A stretch of 63,986 bases of DNA, counting the filler, from Elsinoe ampelina (Eukaryota): NCBI GenBank assembly GCA_010093995.1. It is 4 parts of 4 records of this genome, joined end to end, with 100 filler letters (N's around TTAATTAATTAA, not from the genome) between each part and the next. Parts side by side here need not be neighbours in the genome. Positions count along the whole stretch, not along the records: positions 60,170 to 63,986 come from ML992605.1; 3 more parts are not named here. The stretch is one strand, 5' to 3'. Below, in pieces: positions 61,515-63,986 of this stretch (within the stretch, counting starts at the first letter, position 1; the number at the start of each line of letters is the position of its first letter). Position numbers and translations under genes: made by a program. The notes under the pieces were generated by a model. That model saw nothing but the letters and a program-made list of their open reading frames with translations. It was not told the origin of the DNA and ran no database searches.

Positions 61515-61712
61515 TATAAGGACCGACGTAGTAAGTATACTACGCTAGCTTACTCTAGAGATACTATTCTCTATAGGAGAATAAAACACTCCTCGCCTAT
61601 AGAATAGATAGAGTAGAGATTAGTCTTACGACAATCGAGGGTATACTAGTATAATACCTATTCTACTCCTATATACTTGTCTTTCTAGCTCTAATATTCT
61701 ACCTTCGTTACA
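61515..61712 (+). repeat. 5' LTR of gypsy copy B (198 bp)
   Basis: Starts TATAA (RIP form of TGTAA) exactly where the inverted match to copy A stops; ends TTACA; followed by PBS and gag. Confidence 0.75.
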
Positions 61713-63986
61713 ATTCTAATCTCTCTTATATTCTATTAGATAGAGCTATATAGATAAGATAGCACCCCGTACTTAGCGCTAGCGAAACGACTAACTACCG
61801 CTAGAGTAGCACTAGTATAGACAACTCCCTAATAGCTTAGCTATTAGTAAGACATTTACTAAATTAGCTATAACTCTAGAGATAACCCCTATTAAAGATC
61901 GCTAGGCCGGGGAAGAGCTAGCGCTAAGACTATACTACGCTAATATAGCTCCTATAGAAAGTATAGCTAACATAGGAAATAATGCTATATATAAAGCGCT
62001 TCTTACTTATATTACTTAGCTTAAGAATACACTTAGTAGTCGCTCCCTAGTTATAGCACTAGTGCTACGTAGTTGTTTCGATAATGTATAACCTAATAAC
62101 ATCTACCTAATAAACCTACAAATTGTAAGAGAGTATATACTAAACTTATACTACCCCGAGGCCTTAGAGTCTACTATTATAGTAAGAGTTAAGGAATTTA
62201 TACATATATATAATAATGTCTTTAAGATAGTACTAAATATCTACTTTAAAGAAGTTACTTAGTGCTATATAGCTACTAGCTACTTAAAAGGTTAGCTTAG
62301 CTATAATTAGGACTTATATACTAAGAGCGCTAGCGTTATACCCTTATAGAGCCTAATATAGTTCTAGCTTTAGAACTAAGCCTAGAGTTCTAAAAACTAT
62401 AGTAATAGCTACGTAGTAAAGTTCTTTACGTTGCACTAGCGTAGAGAATAGTTAATTACTAATTTCTATATATTCCTCGATAGTTACGAGTTCTATATTA
62501 AGATAGCGCTACTCCCGGACAATGCCTACTATATATAGCTTATCGCCTATACTATACTAGAGCTACGCTCGAAAGTACTCTATTAGGGGAACCTACCCCT
62601 AATTAAGGTAGAACTCCTAGTACATCTATCCTGTTTAGAGTAGAACCTACCGGGCTACTCTAACTCTATATAGGGGTAGTATAAGCGCAACGCTAGAGAG
62701 AAGACTAATACTTTTACTAAAAGGCCTTACTATAACGAAGACTATAAGGGCCGAAAGGACTAGTAGAGTAGCGCTAATACTACCCCTATAGCTCCCTAAC
62801 CTAGCGCTACTTACCCTTATAACATCTATAAGAGCCTAGACTATTAGGCGCTAAACTATCCCTAGAAGGACTCTTTAAAACGAATAGTGTCCTTATATTT
62901 ACTAATTCTAAGTAGCTCTAGCGTAATATAGAATATATACTAAATTTACACCGACGTTGTAGTTAACCTACCTAAAGGCCCTATCGAAGAGGTAGCTCTA
63001 ATAGATAGTAGCGCTAATAGTAACTTTATTAGCTAGTATTTTGCTATACGCTATTATATCGCTATTAACCCCCTAGTAGTATACTAAGTACACGGCTTAG
63101 ATAAACACGAATTAACTACCTATAGATATACTAAGTTAGCCTTTACTATTAAGGATAGTAAAGGAATAACGTAGGCGTCGCGCTAGTAGTTTAAAAGCGT
63201 TAATATAACTAGTTATAATCTTATATTAGGCCTACTATAGCTATTATTCTATAACTCTAAGATTTAGTAGAGTACTAGTATATAGAGGCATTATACTAGC
63301 GCTATATAGGTGTTAATTCTAGATATACTCTCCTTCTTCTAGAAGCTAAATTAGCCTAACGCCTAGCTCTACCTAGTATATATATACTAAGACAAACCTA
63401 GCGCCCTAACTCTACTATACTAGCTTAATAACTATATAGACGTTTTTAATAAGAGTATAGTAATAGTACTACTAAGTAACGATTTTACTTACTCTATCGA
63501 TATTAAAGAGAGGAAATAGCTACTCTAGGGACCTATCTACCCCCTTAATAAGAAGGAGCTTTAGGTACTTCGAGAGTATATAGATAATAGCTTAGTAACA
63601 AGTTAACTCTAGTATAGCACTAGCTCTATAGAGTCTTCTATTCTGTTTATTCCTAAGAAGAATAGTTTACTACGCCTATATATTAACTATTATAGGCTAA
63701 ATAATATTACTATTAAGAACTATTACCTCTTACCTCTAATTGCTAAGATACTTAATTATATTAAGGGCATATACTTATTTAGTAAGCTAGACCTTATAGA
63801 TATCTACTATAGAGTATATATCTAGTATAGCGATAAATAGAAGATAGTATTCTACTGTCGCTATAGCTACTTTAAATATACTATTATACCTTTTAGCCTT
63901 ACTAATGCCCTAGCTATATTCTAGACTTATATATATTAGTACTTAAGTAGCTTAGTAGACTACTACTATATTATATACCTAGACGA
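61515..63986 (+). mobile_element. RIP-mutated Ty3/gypsy element, copy B: 5' LTR, gag, protease, RT to window end
   Basis: De-RIPed motifs: CX2CX4HX4C at 62818-62859, protease ALIDS(G)A at 62995, RT GPIYPL, LF(V)PKK, FSKLDL, PF(G)LTNA, and YLD(D) at 63976-63986; many TAG/TAA stops. Confidence 0.93.

Noticed and set aside
60170..63986. DNA transposon with long terminal inverted repeats, or a pure fold-back assembly artefact
   Set aside because: Arms encode gag/protease/RT and differ by many transitions, so they are two retroelement copies.
1..63986. tRNA, rRNA, snRNA, TPP riboswitch or CRISPR array
   Set aside because: No convincing signatures seen by eye; tRNAscan-SE and Infernal/Rfam would be needed to exclude small ncRNAs.

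Overview
Eukaryotic DNA from a filamentous ascomycete (Pezizomycotina-type genes, short GT-AG introns with CTRAY branch sites, RIP-mutated repeats). The window is four contigs joined by three identical artificial 100-bp linkers (N44-TTAATTAATTAA-N44), so adjacency across 23385, 41785 and 60070 is unproven. Contig 1 (1-23384): RAD14, a small WW-only protein, MFS transporter, GH43, a membrane protein, PHO88, lactonase, HSF1, UFD1, FAP7, HAM1, a CYP7-like P450 and a Thr-rich secreted protein. Contig 2 (23485-41784): an orphan-gene island with two paralogs sharing an 'RRYLVPF' domain, a bacterial-like YgjR-type oxidoreductase and a co-oriented array of eight small membrane-protein genes, six of which have a phase-0 intron at the end of the last TM helix; then SHM1, an F-box-like gene and an SDR. 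Contig 3 (41885-60069): RIP'd copia-type LTR end, bZIP factor, expansin-like protein, Mid2-like sensor, RTT106, Dabb protein and an MFS fragment. Contig 4 (60170-63986): two RIP'd copies of one Ty3/gypsy element nested in opposite orientation. A recurrent C-rich to G-rich strand-skew switch occurs throughout, independent of gene orientation. All splice models were derived by eye.
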